Source: Candidatus Cloacimonadales bacterium (GTDB taxonomy: Bacteria > Cloacimonadota > Cloacimonadia > Cloacimonadales > JAFGVF01). Taken from it: a DNA stretch of 64,000 bases. The stretch spans positions 320,001-384,000 of the forward strand of contig OY759729.1 in assembly GCA_963662585.1 (NCBI GenBank), written 5' to 3'. Positions within the stretch are counted from its first letter, which is position 1; every line of letters begins with the position of its first letter. Positions 30,818-41,520 of the stretch are shown here, in pieces. Made by a program: the position numbers and the translations under genes. The notes below the pieces were generated by a model. The model was given only the letters and a program-made list of their open reading frames with translations, was not told where the DNA came from and searched no databases.

Positions 30818-32599
30818 TTAACTATTCTTTATTTCATTATAAATGCTTAAGAATTTCTGATAATCATTCTGAATATTCTCATTGCTTTGGAAATTAGGGC
30901 GGTATTTGATCTGCTCACAATAGGTAAGAAATGAGTTAATTTTCCCTACAGTAACTTTATTAAGGCTACTTTTTTCTAACTCTTGAATTAGCTCATTTTG
31001 AGAAAGTTGCAAAGATGCTTTGGTCACTTTGGCAATAAATTTCAATAAGTTATTCTGAGCATTAGTATAGAATAATATATCATTTTTCTCAACAAGTCTC
31101 TGAGATTCTTCTACTGCTGTCTTTAAGATACTTAGAGCTTCTCTTTTTCTTACAAAACCAAGATCACTCATTCTCTTTTTCTGAACATTAATATACATCA
31201 TATAGCCAATGATCGATAACAGTAATATGCTTAGCATAAGCCAATATGTAAATTTATTAATCAATAAATACTCTCTGCTTATGTTGCCAAGGTAAGGCTT
31301 ATTTCTAGTAAAAAAGACATTACTTTCCTTTTGATCAGAAATATTTCCAGTCCCATTACTGCTTTTAACAGTTAATAAACTACTTTCAGTATAGATTGTT
31401 TGATAATCTTCTTTAACATCATCAAAATAATTCAAACTCACTGGGGGGATTCTGAATTTGCCTGATTCAGAAGGTATAATATCGTAAGTTAGGATTAGTG
31501 TTCCACTATCTTTGGCATCTAGACTCATTGTTGCTTTAGGCTTTAATATTTCTAAGCCATCAACTGCTTGAATTTCAGGGTACAATATTTTTGGGAAATT
31601 ACCTCTCCCTTTGATTGTTACCTGTAGTTGGTTTTGTTGGTTTTCAAACATAATTGATTGATTTAATTCAGACTTAATAGTGAATTCGCCAATAGCATTA
31701 GAGAAATCAATCGCCTTTCCCTTCTTAGGTAGCTCTTTCACCAAGAGCTTTGTTGTAGGACTCTTATAACTATTACGGTTAAAAATAACACTTTCATTAA
31801 CAACTATCATAGGTAGCGTGAGTTGACCAGCTTCTTGTACTGAGAGATTAAGAGTAACTATCTCTCTTCTGAGATAATTACGACCCTTATATTTTGTTCT
31901 TTCCCAGTTCTCATTAATGGTTTCACTGCTTTCAATTCCATATCCATCAAAGGTTTGCATATCATAATTAATGTTATAATTGTTATTCAATGTGTAATAA
32001 GTATATTTAACATCAACATTCTGTCCTACATAGAGTGAATCTCTACTTAGTTCCACAACTACAAAAGAAGAATTATTATTCCTCCGAGAAGGAGTATTAT
32101 CAGCCCAAGGATCATCAAAAAAAGAAGAGAAGGGCGAGTTATTTCTACTAGGAGTTTGAGTCTGACTGCGTAAACTACCTTCAACAACCTCTATTTTATG
32201 ACTTTTAGTTTGGTATTTCTTCCCGTTAACTTCTACTTCAATCTGAGGAATATTTAAAATTCCCTCATTTCGAGGATATACAGTATATTTATGTGATTGA
32301 CTTCTAGACGAAGACATTCTCCCATTAACAAAACTCGTTGACATAGAATTTGAAACACTCGGACGAAGATAATCTGCTGGGAAATTATCAAAATTAACCT
32401 CAACATTAAGATCTTTGTTAGACGAAGTTTCTACTGTAATAGTGTAGGTGAATGAATCCTCGATACCAATTTTATCCGCAGAGACAGAAGATGAAACACT
32501 GACATCATCGGCAAGCAGTTGTTGGGGTATTAACCAAAAACTAATAATTCCCAACAGAATTAATGATAGATTATGGATATTTCTTAAAACTTTTGTCAA
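30818..32599 (-). CDS. BatD family protein
   Basis: STSFVNG, Ig-like repeats, AIGEF, GRGN and a C-terminal TM. TTG start at 32599 with RBS AGGAGG. Confidence 0.8.
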   Translation of the reverse strand: MTKVLRNIHNLSLILLGIISFWLIPQQLLADDVSVSSSVSADKIGIEDSFTYTITVETSSNKDLNVEVNFDNFPADYLRPSVSNSMSTSFVNGRMSSSRSQSHKYTVYPRNEGILNIPQIEVEVNGKKYQTKSHKIEVVEGSLRSQTQTPSRNNSPFSSFFDDPWADNTPSRRNNNSSFVVVELSRDSLYVGQNVDVKYTYYTLNNNYNINYDMQTFDGYGIESSETINENWERTKYKGRNYLRREIVTLNLSVQEAGQLTLPMIVVNESVIFNRNSYKSPTTKLLVKELPKKGKAIDFSNAIGEFTIKSELNQSIMFENQQNQLQVTIKGRGNFPKILYPEIQAVDGLEILKPKATMSLDAKDSGTLILTYDIIPSESGKFRIPPVSLNYFDDVKEDYQTIYTESSLLTVKSSNGTGNISDQKESNVFFTRNKPYLGNISREYLLINKFTYWLMLSILLLSIIGYMMYINVQKKRMSDLGFVRKREALSILKTAVEESQRLVEKNDILFYTNAQNNLLKFIAKVTKASLQLSQNELIQELEKSSLNKVTVGKINSFLTYCEQIKYRPNFQSNENIQNDYQKFLSIYNEIKNS

Positions 32600-32612
32600 A
32601 AACTCCTCCTCT

Positions 32613-33575
32613 TTACCAATATCTACCGGTAGGTCTCTGCTGTCTGAGCTTTGGTTTATCATCATCTTGTTCAGGACGAGCTTGTTGTTGTAACAAGGCA
32701 TCTAATTTCTTCTGGGCCTCTAATTTTTCTTTCTCTTCTTCACTCAAGTCATCATACTGTTCTTGCTTCTCTTTAGCATCTTCTTCTTGTTTCTGTTGCT
32801 CTTGTTGTTGATTCTCAGATTTATCATTTTCTTGATTAGAGTCTTCTTGCTGATTTTGATTTTTTTGCTCTTCTTGCTGAGCTTCTTGTTCTGCCAACTT
32901 CCTTAAAGCAATTTCATAGTTAACTCTAGTATCTTCAGAGTTTGGATCTAGTTTAAGAGATTGGACAAAATAATTTATAGCTTCTTGATAGTTTTCTTGT
33001 TTGAAAGCACTATTACCAAGATTATGCCAAATCTTCTGCTTATGGGCACTATCTACCATCCCTCCAGTAGATTTATAAATATCTTGGGCCATGGTGTAGA
33101 GAGAGTCATATTCTGGATTAGATTCAGCAAATTTATAAAGGGAGTTAGCATAATTATAAAGTAAGTCTGGATCCACATTTGTTGAATCTAGATAACTTGC
33201 TGAGGTTTGATAGTTATGAATTGCATTAGGATAATCTTCTAGGTTATAGTAAGCATTAGCTTGATTATAATAGATTGCTTGCAGGTTACTCTTAGTAGTA
33301 TCAGTTTTAGCTTTTTCTAAACTCTCTACTGCTGATTGAAGACCTTTTTTGTCTCTGTATTCTTCAAACTCTCTAAGCTTAACAACTCCATAGTTATAAT
33401 TCAAGACAGGGTTATCAGGATCTTTCTCTAAGAGGTCTTTTAAATCATCCTCAGCTCTATATAATAATGTGTCCTGTATTGCTTCAACAGCTTTATTATT
33501 TTTTCTTACAGTGGTAAAACTATAAGCTTCAACAAGGAATAAACACATAATTACCATAAATATTGTTCTCTTCAT
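32613..33575 (-). CDS. BatC-like TPR protein
   Basis: TPRs, Q/E-rich linker, C-terminal RYW as in BatC-type proteins. Confidence 0.75.
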   Translation of the reverse strand: MKRTIFMVIMCLFLVEAYSFTTVRKNNKAVEAIQDTLLYRAEDDLKDLLEKDPDNPVLNYNYGVVKLREFEEYRDKKGLQSAVESLEKAKTDTTKSNLQAIYYNQANAYYNLEDYPNAIHNYQTSASYLDSTNVDPDLLYNYANSLYKFAESNPEYDSLYTMAQDIYKSTGGMVDSAHKQKIWHNLGNSAFKQENYQEAINYFVQSLKLDPNSEDTRVNYEIALRKLAEQEAQQEEQKNQNQQEDSNQENDKSENQQQEQQKQEEDAKEKQEQYDDLSEEEKEKLEAQKKLDALLQQQARPEQDDDKPKLRQQRPTGRYW

Positions 33576-33577
33576 AA

Positions 33578-34582
33578 TTAACTCTCAATATATCTTTTAA
33601 GTTTATATTTTTTAACATAAGGAATAAAGGTTTCAACTAGTAATAGAAGAATCGCTAGAGATAAAGGTAACCAGAACTGCTCTTTATAAAAGAGTGGGTT
33701 GTTTGAAGAGTAACGATTTTTATCATATTCTTGAATAACTTTCTCTAATTCTTCTAGGGCATTGGTATCTTTATTCAAACCTATATAAGAGCCTCCGGTA
33801 GCTTCAGCCATCTTAGTAAGCAAATCTTCATTGAGTCTGGAAGTAACATCTGTGTTATCCTTCAAGAATTGCCCCTTAGGTGTTCCGACTCCAATCGAAT
33901 AAATTCTGACCCCTCTTCTTTTTAGAGAGTCAATTTGCTCCATAATCTGCGATTCCCCCTGTTCTAAATTCTCACCATCGCTAAAGAGGAAAACAACCGC
34001 ATTCTTTTTGGCTGCCCTTTCAATTAAGCGATTTGTTTCTAACAGAGCTAAAGGGATATTGGTACCCATTACTTTTACATCTTCAGTATTAACTAAATTC
34101 ATCATAGAATTAGCAATCTTAATATTGTCAGTAAAAGAAAATACAGTATTAGTATCTCCCGCGAAGGTAATCAGTGCTATTCTATCGCCAGATAATCTTT
34201 CAGATAGAATTCCGATCAAGGACAGAGAGCGATGTAATCTAGAAGGGGATATATCATTAATGTCCATACTCTTAGAAATATCTAATAAATAGACAATATC
34301 AATCCCAGAGCGAGCATATTCAGTTTCTTTCTTTCCCCATTTAGGGTTAGCTATAGCAATTAAAAGCATGACTAAAGCCAGGGCAAAGATAAATGTTCTT
34401 AAATTCCAGTAGAAAGGAATAAATCCTTGGTTCCAGAAAGAGAAAAATCTTTCGGACGAGAACTTAAGAAAACTCTTTTTCCTTCTGTTATTAGTTAAAA
34501 ATATTACCAGAACACCACTTGCCATTATCAAGGGAGCAATGATAAAGATTAAGCTTTTCCAATAGATGTTTCCCCAAATCAT
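33578..34582 (-). CDS. BatB-like VWA domain protein
   Basis: ANPKWG, MIDAS DISKSM, SDGEN, IGVGT. Confidence 0.82.
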   Translation of the reverse strand: MIWGNIYWKSLIFIIAPLIMASGVLVIFLTNNRRKKSFLKFSSERFFSFWNQGFIPFYWNLRTFIFALALVMLLIAIANPKWGKKETEYARSGIDIVYLLDISKSMDINDISPSRLHRSLSLIGILSERLSGDRIALITFAGDTNTVFSFTDNIKIANSMMNLVNTEDVKVMGTNIPLALLETNRLIERAAKKNAVVFLFSDGENLEQGESQIMEQIDSLKRRGVRIYSIGVGTPKGQFLKDNTDVTSRLNEDLLTKMAEATGGSYIGLNKDTNALEELEKVIQEYDKNRYSSNNPLFYKEQFWLPLSLAILLLLVETFIPYVKKYKLKRYIES

Positions 34583-34636
34583 TTAAATCTCCTATAAATG
34601 TTAATTTTAGCTTGTGCTCTAGCTTTCCTAGTTAAT

Positions 34637-35626
34637 CTATTGTACTTCATAATATCTGACTTTCCTTAAATAGAATTCTATTATGAGCAAGATGAATGCC
34701 AATCCTAGAAAAACTTGATGAATAGGATAGTAGGCATTAGGTAGCTCTTTCTCTTCATTAATATTCTCAGATTCACCGATTTTATTTATAATCCTCTCTA
34801 AGGCCTCACTTGAATTAGCAAGTTCAGCTTTACCACTTCCTGTTAGTTGGGAAATCTTATTTAGCGTTTCCATATCAACATCAGCTCCGGTGAGTCCTCC
34901 TCTTCTCGAAGCATTAAAACCAATTGGATATATCTTCAAACCAAAAGGTACAGCAAAAGATTCAGTTGCTTCCACAGGTTGATAAATACCAGTATTATTT
35001 ACACCATCCGTAATCAGAATAATGAATTTAGATTTAGCTGGGGAATCCTTTAATACTGCAGAGGATAAGGCTACACCCATACCAATAGCAGTTAATGATT
35101 GCTTATTGCGATCAATTTCAATACTCTTAGCTTTATCAATAACCATTGAGTAATCATCAGAAAGAGGAGTTAAAATCTGAGCTGAATTAGAAAAAGTTAT
35201 CAGAGAAACCTGCTGTCCTCTCAGCTTATTTACAAAACTTTCAATAACGGATTTAGCATCCCTTAATCGATTAGAATAAACATTAGAGATTAGCTTATTA
35301 TTCATTGTTTCCATTAGCATTGAGCCACTAACATCAAGACAGATTACAATATCAGTATCACTTCTTTCCCAAGTTGCTGAGACTTTATTCTGACTCTCTA
35401 TTTCTGGTTCAGAGAGAGCAAATATTAGCATGAACATTGCTATATATCTAATTACATCTATACTTGAATAGCTTCTTCTTTTATTTCCTGAGGCTTTAAG
35501 TATTATATTGGTTCTAGAGAAAGGTATCTTGTTACTATATTTCTTTCTAAACCATATTTGAATAAAGATATAGAGTGGAATTAATAACAATAAAAGGAGC
35601 ATATAGGGATTCTGAAATCTTATCAT
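34637..35626 (-). CDS. BatA-like VWA domain protein
   Basis: RFQNP N-terminus, DVSGSM, TAIG, ITDGVNN. Confidence 0.82.
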   Translation of the reverse strand: MIRFQNPYMLLLLLLIPLYIFIQIWFRKKYSNKIPFSRTNIILKASGNKRRSYSSIDVIRYIAMFMLIFALSEPEIESQNKVSATWERSDTDIVICLDVSGSMLMETMNNKLISNVYSNRLRDAKSVIESFVNKLRGQQVSLITFSNSAQILTPLSDDYSMVIDKAKSIEIDRNKQSLTAIGMGVALSSAVLKDSPAKSKFIILITDGVNNTGIYQPVEATESFAVPFGLKIYPIGFNASRRGGLTGADVDMETLNKISQLTGSGKAELANSSEALERIINKIGESENINEEKELPNAYYPIHQVFLGLAFILLIIEFYLRKVRYYEVQ

Positions 35627-36555
35627 TTTTCCTCCTTCTCTTGTACAGCCTTTTCTTCTTGCTCTTTAATATTTAAGACAAGTTTCTCAAACCAAGTGAA
35701 AATATCTTCAGAAATAAAATCAGATACAACTTTACCTTTAGTATATTTTACTTCATCTAGTCTCTTTAGCGTTGAGATAATCTTATCACTATTTGCAATA
35801 CTCATCTTTGAGAGTTCCTTTTGCAGTTCATAAGTAGTTCTTTCAGCTGCTGGGAAGTTATAGTACTTTTCTAAGAATCTTCTGATTAAAAGAGACATTT
35901 CAATAGAGAAGAAATACTCTTTTCCATTAATTATTAACATTCTCTTCTTAATCTGAGCTAGTTCCATAATAGCATAATCCCAAGCTTCTTGTTTAACATA
36001 CTCTTCAGATAGTCTGTTCTTTGTGAATAAGCCTTTAATAATTTCAAAATTCTTGTAAAGTAACCAGATAATTATGCCTAGAACTAGTGCTATAATACTA
36101 TATTTAAGTAGCTTGTAAATCCATCCGAACTGCGATTCTAGCATAAGAGGAGCTTTAGCACCTTCAATATTTTTGATATCTGTTAATTCAGAAGTTGAAT
36201 CAGTAACTGCAGTAACCATAACTTTGAAAGGCTCTGTATAAAGAGTATCAGAACCTAACTCATCATATGTAACAATCTGAATAGCTGGAACTTCAATTTC
36301 ACCTGTTTGAAGGGCTAGCATAGTCAGAATTAATGAATCAGTGAGAGTAACTCTCCATTCTTCTTCATCTTGTTTAAGCAGATTTTTGCTTGTAGGAAGT
36401 TCAGCTTTTATTAAATTATAAGGTTTATCTAGTGAAAGTTCTACAGAAAAGGGATAAAGCACTTTAAGAACTTCAGGTATGTTATTTTTCTGTTCCCAAC
36501 TAAAAAGAGAAGTTAAGATTAATAACGAGAATAAGATAATAATTGACTTCTTCAT
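35623..36555 (-). CDS. Hypothetical membrane protein of the MoxR/Bat operon
   Basis: Signal peptide, central TM, AERTTYEL and DEVKY motifs; lies between DUF58 and BatA. Confidence 0.7.
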   Translation of the reverse strand: MKKSIIILFSLLILTSLFSWEQKNNIPEVLKVLYPFSVELSLDKPYNLIKAELPTSKNLLKQDEEEWRVTLTDSLILTMLALQTGEIEVPAIQIVTYDELGSDTLYTEPFKVMVTAVTDSTSELTDIKNIEGAKAPLMLESQFGWIYKLLKYSIIALVLGIIIWLLYKNFEIIKGLFTKNRLSEEYVKQEAWDYAIMELAQIKKRMLIINGKEYFFSIEMSLLIRRFLEKYYNFPAAERTTYELQKELSKMSIANSDKIISTLKRLDEVKYTKGKVVSDFISEDIFTWFEKLVLNIKEQEEKAVQEKEEK

Positions 36556-36568
36556 GGCTAAAATCTCC

Positions 36569-37447
36569 TTATCTTTTCCGTTTTATTCTCATCTTAAAGA
36601 ACTTTTGCAGTTCCTTAACATAAGATTGTTCTGTATTGAGATTTAGGATATCAACTTGGCACTCTTTCATTATATTCATGGTTTCTTCTTCCCATTTATT
36701 AGATTCAGCTAAGAAGTTTCTCCTAAAAGTTGGATTATTAGTATTTACCACGAAATCTTCTCCTGTTTCAGGATCAGTAAAGTGAACAATCCCCATAGCA
36801 GGAATATCAGTTTCAGCTGGATCTTTAACCTTGATAGCAATAACATCATGTCTATTCCTAAGATGTTTTAGAGCATCAGAATAACCTGAATCTTGAAAGT
36901 CAGATATTAAAAAGATTATACTTCTTTTTTTAATTACTTTGGATATAAATTTGATTGCTTTTCCTATATCAGTACCTTTCTCTCTTGCTTCATAGAAGAG
37001 GATCTCTCTCAGCATTTGCAGAGCACTCTTTTTACCTTTGCGAGGTGGAATATACTTTTCAATTTCATTAGAGAACATTAATAGACCACATAAATCTTGG
37101 TTCATTAAGGCAGAAAAGGAAAGAACTGCAGTAATTTCAGCTATATACTCGGATTTTAATTGATTTCTGGTCCCGAATATATTGGAAGCACTACAATCAA
37201 CCAAGAAGAGAACATTCAACTCACGAGTCTCTTCGAAAGTCTTAATAAAAGGCTTTTGATTACGAGCAGTTACATTCCAATCGATTAATTTATAATTATC
37301 TCCTGGAGTGTATTCTCTTACTTCAGAGAATTCCAGACCTTGTCCTTTAAAAAGGGAGTGATATTCTCCAGCGAAAAGCTCTTCCACGATATTTTTGGTA
37401 GAGATTTCAATCTTTTTAATCTTTTTTATAATATCTTTAGTTTCCAT
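36569..37447 (-). CDS. DUF58 domain protein
   Basis: GEYHSLFKGQGLEFSEVREY, IDWNVTAR, EETRE, ISDF. Confidence 0.9.
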   Translation of the reverse strand: METKDIIKKIKKIEISTKNIVEELFAGEYHSLFKGQGLEFSEVREYTPGDNYKLIDWNVTARNQKPFIKTFEETRELNVLFLVDCSASNIFGTRNQLKSEYIAEITAVLSFSALMNQDLCGLLMFSNEIEKYIPPRKGKKSALQMLREILFYEAREKGTDIGKAIKFISKVIKKRSIIFLISDFQDSGYSDALKHLRNRHDVIAIKVKDPAETDIPAMGIVHFTDPETGEDFVVNTNNPTFRRNFLAESNKWEEETMNIMKECQVDILNLNTEQSYVKELQKFFKMRIKRKR

Positions 37448-37448
37448 A

Positions 37449-38432
37449 TTATGGTACTTCTACCTCATCAAAGATCTTGCTAATTATCATATCACTATCA
37501 AATTGTTCCGCTTCTGCTTCATAGGAAAGAATAATTCTATGTCTTAAGACATCTTTACTAATTGCCTTGATATCATCAGGAATCACATAATTTCGGTTTT
37601 CTAAATAAGCATGAGCTTTAGCAGCTTTAGCCAAGCAGATAGAAGCACGAGGAGAAGCTCCAAAATCTATGTAATTCTCTAATTCTTTAAGATTCCTATA
37701 TACACCAGGAGTTCTAGTAGCAAAGACAATATCTACAATATAGTCATATAGTTTTTCATCCATATAGATAGATTCAACTTCTTGTCTCATCTTAATTATA
37801 TCATTCGGTGATAATACTGCCGAAATTTTAAATATCGTGCTATTAACCATTCTCTTAAGAATCTCTTTCTCTTCCGATTTAGTTGGATATAAGACTTTTA
37901 GTTTTAGCATAAATCTATCTAATTGAGCTTCCGGTAAAGGATAAGTTCCCTCTTGTTCAAGTGGGTTCTGAGTTGCCATTACTAAAAATGGTTTTGGTAG
38001 TTGATATGTCTCATCACCAAGAGTAACTTGTTTCTCCTGCATAGCTTCCAAAAGAGCAGATTGAACTTTTGATGGAGCTCTATTTATCTCATCAGCTAAG
38101 ATGAAGTTAGCAAAAAGAGGACCTTTCTTAGCAGTGAAGTCTGCAGTCTTTTGATTATAAATAAGAGTACCTGTAATATCAGCAGGAAGTAAATCAGGAG
38201 TGAATTGTATTCTTTTAAATTCAACATCAAGAGCTTGGGCAATGGTACTTACAGTAAGGGTTTTAGCTAATCCTGGTACACCTTCAATAAGAATATGTCC
38301 ATCAGCCAATAGCCCTATTAAAATTCTTTCTACCATATAATCTTGACCAACAATAACCTTTCTAATCTCATTGAGTAATGGTTTTAAATCGTAACTATTC
38401 TCGCTCTTAGGAATAAATTGAGTATCCATCAT
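37449..38432 (-). CDS. MoxR family AAA+ ATPase
   Basis: EGVPGLAKT, RIQFTPDLLPAD, DEINRA, ATQNP, GASPR. Confidence 0.93.
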   Translation of the reverse strand: MMDTQFIPKSENSYDLKPLLNEIRKVIVGQDYMVERILIGLLADGHILIEGVPGLAKTLTVSTIAQALDVEFKRIQFTPDLLPADITGTLIYNQKTADFTAKKGPLFANFILADEINRAPSKVQSALLEAMQEKQVTLGDETYQLPKPFLVMATQNPLEQEGTYPLPEAQLDRFMLKLKVLYPTKSEEKEILKRMVNSTIFKISAVLSPNDIIKMRQEVESIYMDEKLYDYIVDIVFATRTPGVYRNLKELENYIDFGASPRASICLAKAAKAHAYLENRNYVIPDDIKAISKDVLRHRIILSYEAEAEQFDSDMIISKIFDEVEVP

Positions 38433-38950
38433 ATTTTAAACTCCAGTTTATTATCTTTATTTTTTGTAATTTTATATGTTTCGATCAATCCGTTTTCTAC
38501 TTGATGCCATTCAACAATTATTTCAGTGGGAGAAGCATAGGAAATCAAATAAGATGCTAATTGATTTCTATCTTCATAATTTTTTAAATGACCTGGATTA
38601 ATTAGGATATTAGATTTATATTTATGAACTTTATGAACATGGGTATGTCCGTAAAATATAATAGTATCTGCTGTCTTTTTAAAGTCGATATCATCAATGC
38701 TATGCACCAATTTTATTTTAAAATCAAAAAGAGAAATATTCTCAATATTAGCTAAACTACCGTCAATGTAGGCAGGATGATAAATTCCCGGTACCCGATA
38801 GAGTGTCTTGCAGTATTTAGAATAATCAGCTTTATTGGGATCTTCATAATAATCACCTAAATGAAACAATTGGTCTGACTTATTTGCAACTAGTACTTTT
38901 TCAAACAAATTTATATTATTATGCGTATCAGATACTATAAGAGTTTTCAT
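38429..38950 (-). CDS. Metallophosphoesterase (YfcE/MJ0936-like)
   Basis: VSDTH, HLGD, GHTH, INPG motifs. Confidence 0.8.
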   Translation of the reverse strand: MKTLIVSDTHNNINLFEKVLVANKSDQLFHLGDYYEDPNKADYSKYCKTLYRVPGIYHPAYIDGSLANIENISLFDFKIKLVHSIDDIDFKKTADTIIFYGHTHVHKVHKYKSNILINPGHLKNYEDRNQLASYLISYASPTEIIVEWHQVENGLIETYKITKNKDNKLEFKI

Positions 38951-39031
38951 AATTTCTCCTTATAAATTTAATCCCACGCTGTTAAACGAGGGATTAAGTT
39001 GATAGTTACATATTTTTTATCTAAATAATTA

Positions 39032-41149
39032 TTATTTAGTCGTAGCTTTTTTCTTAGTAGCACTTTTAGGTTTAATGCTTACCTCTTCACTTTTCTTAGT
39101 TGTTTTCTTGGGTTTAGCTTCAGCTTTTACTTTTGGAAGGGCTTTTACCTTGCTCTTCTTAACTGTCTCTTTCTCTTCTTTTTTTGCTTTAGCTGTAGAA
39201 GTTTTAGCTTTAGTTTTAGCTAAACTCTCTTTCTTCTCGTCAGCAACTTTTTTAGAAGAAGTTTTCTTAGGAGTTTCTTCTTTAACAGTTTTCTTTGAGG
39301 TAGTCTTCTTAGGAGCATTAGCTACTTTTTTGGTAGAAACTTCTTTAGTTTCACTCTGTACTTTAGCTTTCTTGCTAGTGGTCTTTTCTTCTTTAGCGGT
39401 TGAAGACTTTACTTTTTTAGGAGATTTCTTCTCTTTAGCAAGAGTTGTTTCACTATCTTTAGCTTTCGCTTTTTTAGCAGGAGTTGTTTTGCTCTTCATC
39501 TTTTCAGGAGCAGAGACACCAATCAAACTAAGAGAAATAGCAATAACACTTTTTACCGCAGTCATTAAGAAAAGGCGTCCTTTGGTAGTATCTAAATCAT
39601 TTAGGTCAATAACCTTGTGTTTACCGTAGAATTTATGAACCATACCTGCTAATTCAAAAACATAATTAGCTAATCTGTGTGGTTCGCGAGTATCAGCAAT
39701 ATCAACAAGAAGTTGAGGGAAATCAATCATTTTCTTCATTAAATTAATTTCTTCATCTTCCTTTAAGTTTGATAAAGCTGTTCTGGAAGGTTTTCCAATT
39801 CTAATATCATGGTCTTTTCTAGCTTTTTTGATAATGCTATTTATTCTGGCATGAGCATATTGAATGTAATAAACAGGATTTTCTTCACTTTCTTTGGTAG
39901 CCAAATCCATATCAAAGTTGAGATGAGCATTTGTTCTTCTATCAATAAAGAAGAATCTAGCTACATCCTTACCAACTTCGTTTATTAAATCATCCATTGT
40001 AACAATCTTACCTAGACGCTTAGACATCTTAATTTTCTCACCTTCATCAAAAAGATTAATCTGTTGAAGGAAAACTATTTCTAATTTATCTTTATCATAT
40101 TTAAGTGCTTCAATCGCAGCTTTTAACCTAGGAACATAACCGTGATGATCAGGACCTAAAACATCGATAATGTAGTCAAATCCTCTCTGATATTTAGTTA
40201 AATGATATGCCAAATCAGGAACAAAATAGGTAATAGTACCGTCTGCTTTCATTAAAACTCGGTCTTTATCATCTCCAAATTTTGTTGAACTAAACCAGAT
40301 AGCATCATCCTTTTCGTAAGTACATTCAGCTTCAGCCAAGAAACTTAATACTTCTTCAACAATACCCTGTTCTCTTAGTTTCTTCTCTGATACCCAGTTA
40401 TCAAAATCTACATCTAATTTAGTAAGACTTTCTACTTGCATATCGTGAATAATACCTAAGGCATATTCTTTTAAATTTTCGATTCTATCTCTTTCAGGAA
40501 GCATTAAAAGACGACTTCCTTCAGTGGCATTAAGTTCTTGAGCCATTTTAACTAAGTAATCTCCGTGGTAAGCTTCCATAGGAAATTCACCTATGTTCTC
40601 TCCACGAGCTTCTCGCAAGCGTAATTCTAAGGATTCAGCTAAGATATCAACTTGATTTCCTGCATCATTAATATAGAATTCTCTTTTTGCTTCATAGCCA
40701 ACCTTAGTAAGAATACGATAGAGGGTATCACCATAAGTAGCTGCTCTAGCACTTACGATATTTAGAGGACCTGTTGGGTTTGCCGAAACAAACTCTAAAA
40801 GTACCTTTTTACCCTTTCCATGCTCTGAAGTACCATAATCTTCTTTTACTTTAAGAATTTCATAAACTATATCTAAATATAATGATACATTGATAGTAAT
40901 GTTTATAAAACCAGGACCAGCAATTTCAACTTTAGAAAAGTTCTTTTCTTTTTCTAGCTGAGCTTTGATTAATTCTGCTAAAGCAAGTGGTCTTTTCTTA
41001 TTGAGTTTTGATAAAACCATGGCAACATTTGTTGCGTAATCCCCATGACCTGAGTTATTGGGTACTTCTATATTAAATTTATCATTATTTTCAAGATTTA
41101 GTTTGTCTAAAGCTGTAACAATAATACCTCTAATAATATCTTTAATCAT
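39032..41149 (-). CDS. argS: Arginyl-tRNA synthetase with Lys-rich C-terminal extension
   Basis: GDYATN, EFVSANPTGPL, YINDAGNQ, DHHGY, KMSKR, YIQYAHAR, APEKM. Start 41149 (RBS GAGG); alternatives are 41161 and 41167. Confidence 0.93.
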   Translation of the reverse strand: MIKDIIRGIIVTALDKLNLENNDKFNIEVPNNSGHGDYATNVAMVLSKLNKKRPLALAELIKAQLEKEKNFSKVEIAGPGFINITINVSLYLDIVYEILKVKEDYGTSEHGKGKKVLLEFVSANPTGPLNIVSARAATYGDTLYRILTKVGYEAKREFYINDAGNQVDILAESLELRLREARGENIGEFPMEAYHGDYLVKMAQELNATEGSRLLMLPERDRIENLKEYALGIIHDMQVESLTKLDVDFDNWVSEKKLREQGIVEEVLSFLAEAECTYEKDDAIWFSSTKFGDDKDRVLMKADGTITYFVPDLAYHLTKYQRGFDYIIDVLGPDHHGYVPRLKAAIEALKYDKDKLEIVFLQQINLFDEGEKIKMSKRLGKIVTMDDLINEVGKDVARFFFIDRRTNAHLNFDMDLATKESEENPVYYIQYAHARINSIIKKARKDHDIRIGKPSRTALSNLKEDEEINLMKKMIDFPQLLVDIADTREPHRLANYVFELAGMVHKFYGKHKVIDLNDLDTTKGRLFLMTAVKSVIAISLSLIGVSAPEKMKSKTTPAKKAKAKDSETTLAKEKKSPKKVKSSTAKEEKTTSKKAKVQSETKEVSTKKVANAPKKTTSKKTVKEETPKKTSSKKVADEKKESLAKTKAKTSTAKAKKEEKETVKKSKVKALPKVKAEAKPKKTTKKSEEVSIKPKSATKKKATTK

Positions 41150-41510
41150 CGATTTCCTCATCAGCATCGACTATTTTTTCACCCTTCTGAACTTTATCGA
41201 AGAGCTCATCTAATTTATAAAATTCTCTGGTACTTGGTGTAAGAATATGAACAACTACATCTACAAAATCCAAAAGAATCCAGCTAGTGCTCTTCATTCC
41301 TTCTTTTCCACGAACATGTATTTTGTTTGCTTTACACTCATCAACTATATTTCCTGCAATAGCATTAAGGTGTAATTCTGAACTACCCTCAACTATTACA
41401 ACGAAGTCTGTATAAGAAGTTTTACCTTTTAAATCGTAAAACTTAATATTTTCACCTTTTCTACTAGCAGCCCATTCAACTAAGCTTTCAACAAGTTCTT
41501 TACCTTGCAT
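41142..41510 (-). CDS. rsfS: Ribosome silencing factor
   Basis: KGENI, DFVVI, WILLDFVDVVVHIL, REFYKLDEL. Confidence 0.9.
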   Translation of the reverse strand: MQGKELVESLVEWAASRKGENIKFYDLKGKTSYTDFVVIVEGSSELHLNAIAGNIVDECKANKIHVRGKEGMKSTSWILLDFVDVVVHILTPSTREFYKLDELFDKVQKGEKIVDADEEIDD

Positions 41511-41520
41511 AATATCTCTC

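Noticed and set aside
29976..38432. MoxR-DUF58-BatABCDE operon as a novel system
   Set aside because: Well-known conserved operon in the usual gene order.
39075..39629. 184-aa hydrophobic ORF on the + strand
   Set aside because: Antisense shadow of the Lys-rich argS tail: AAA/AAG codons read as Phe/Leu on the other strand.
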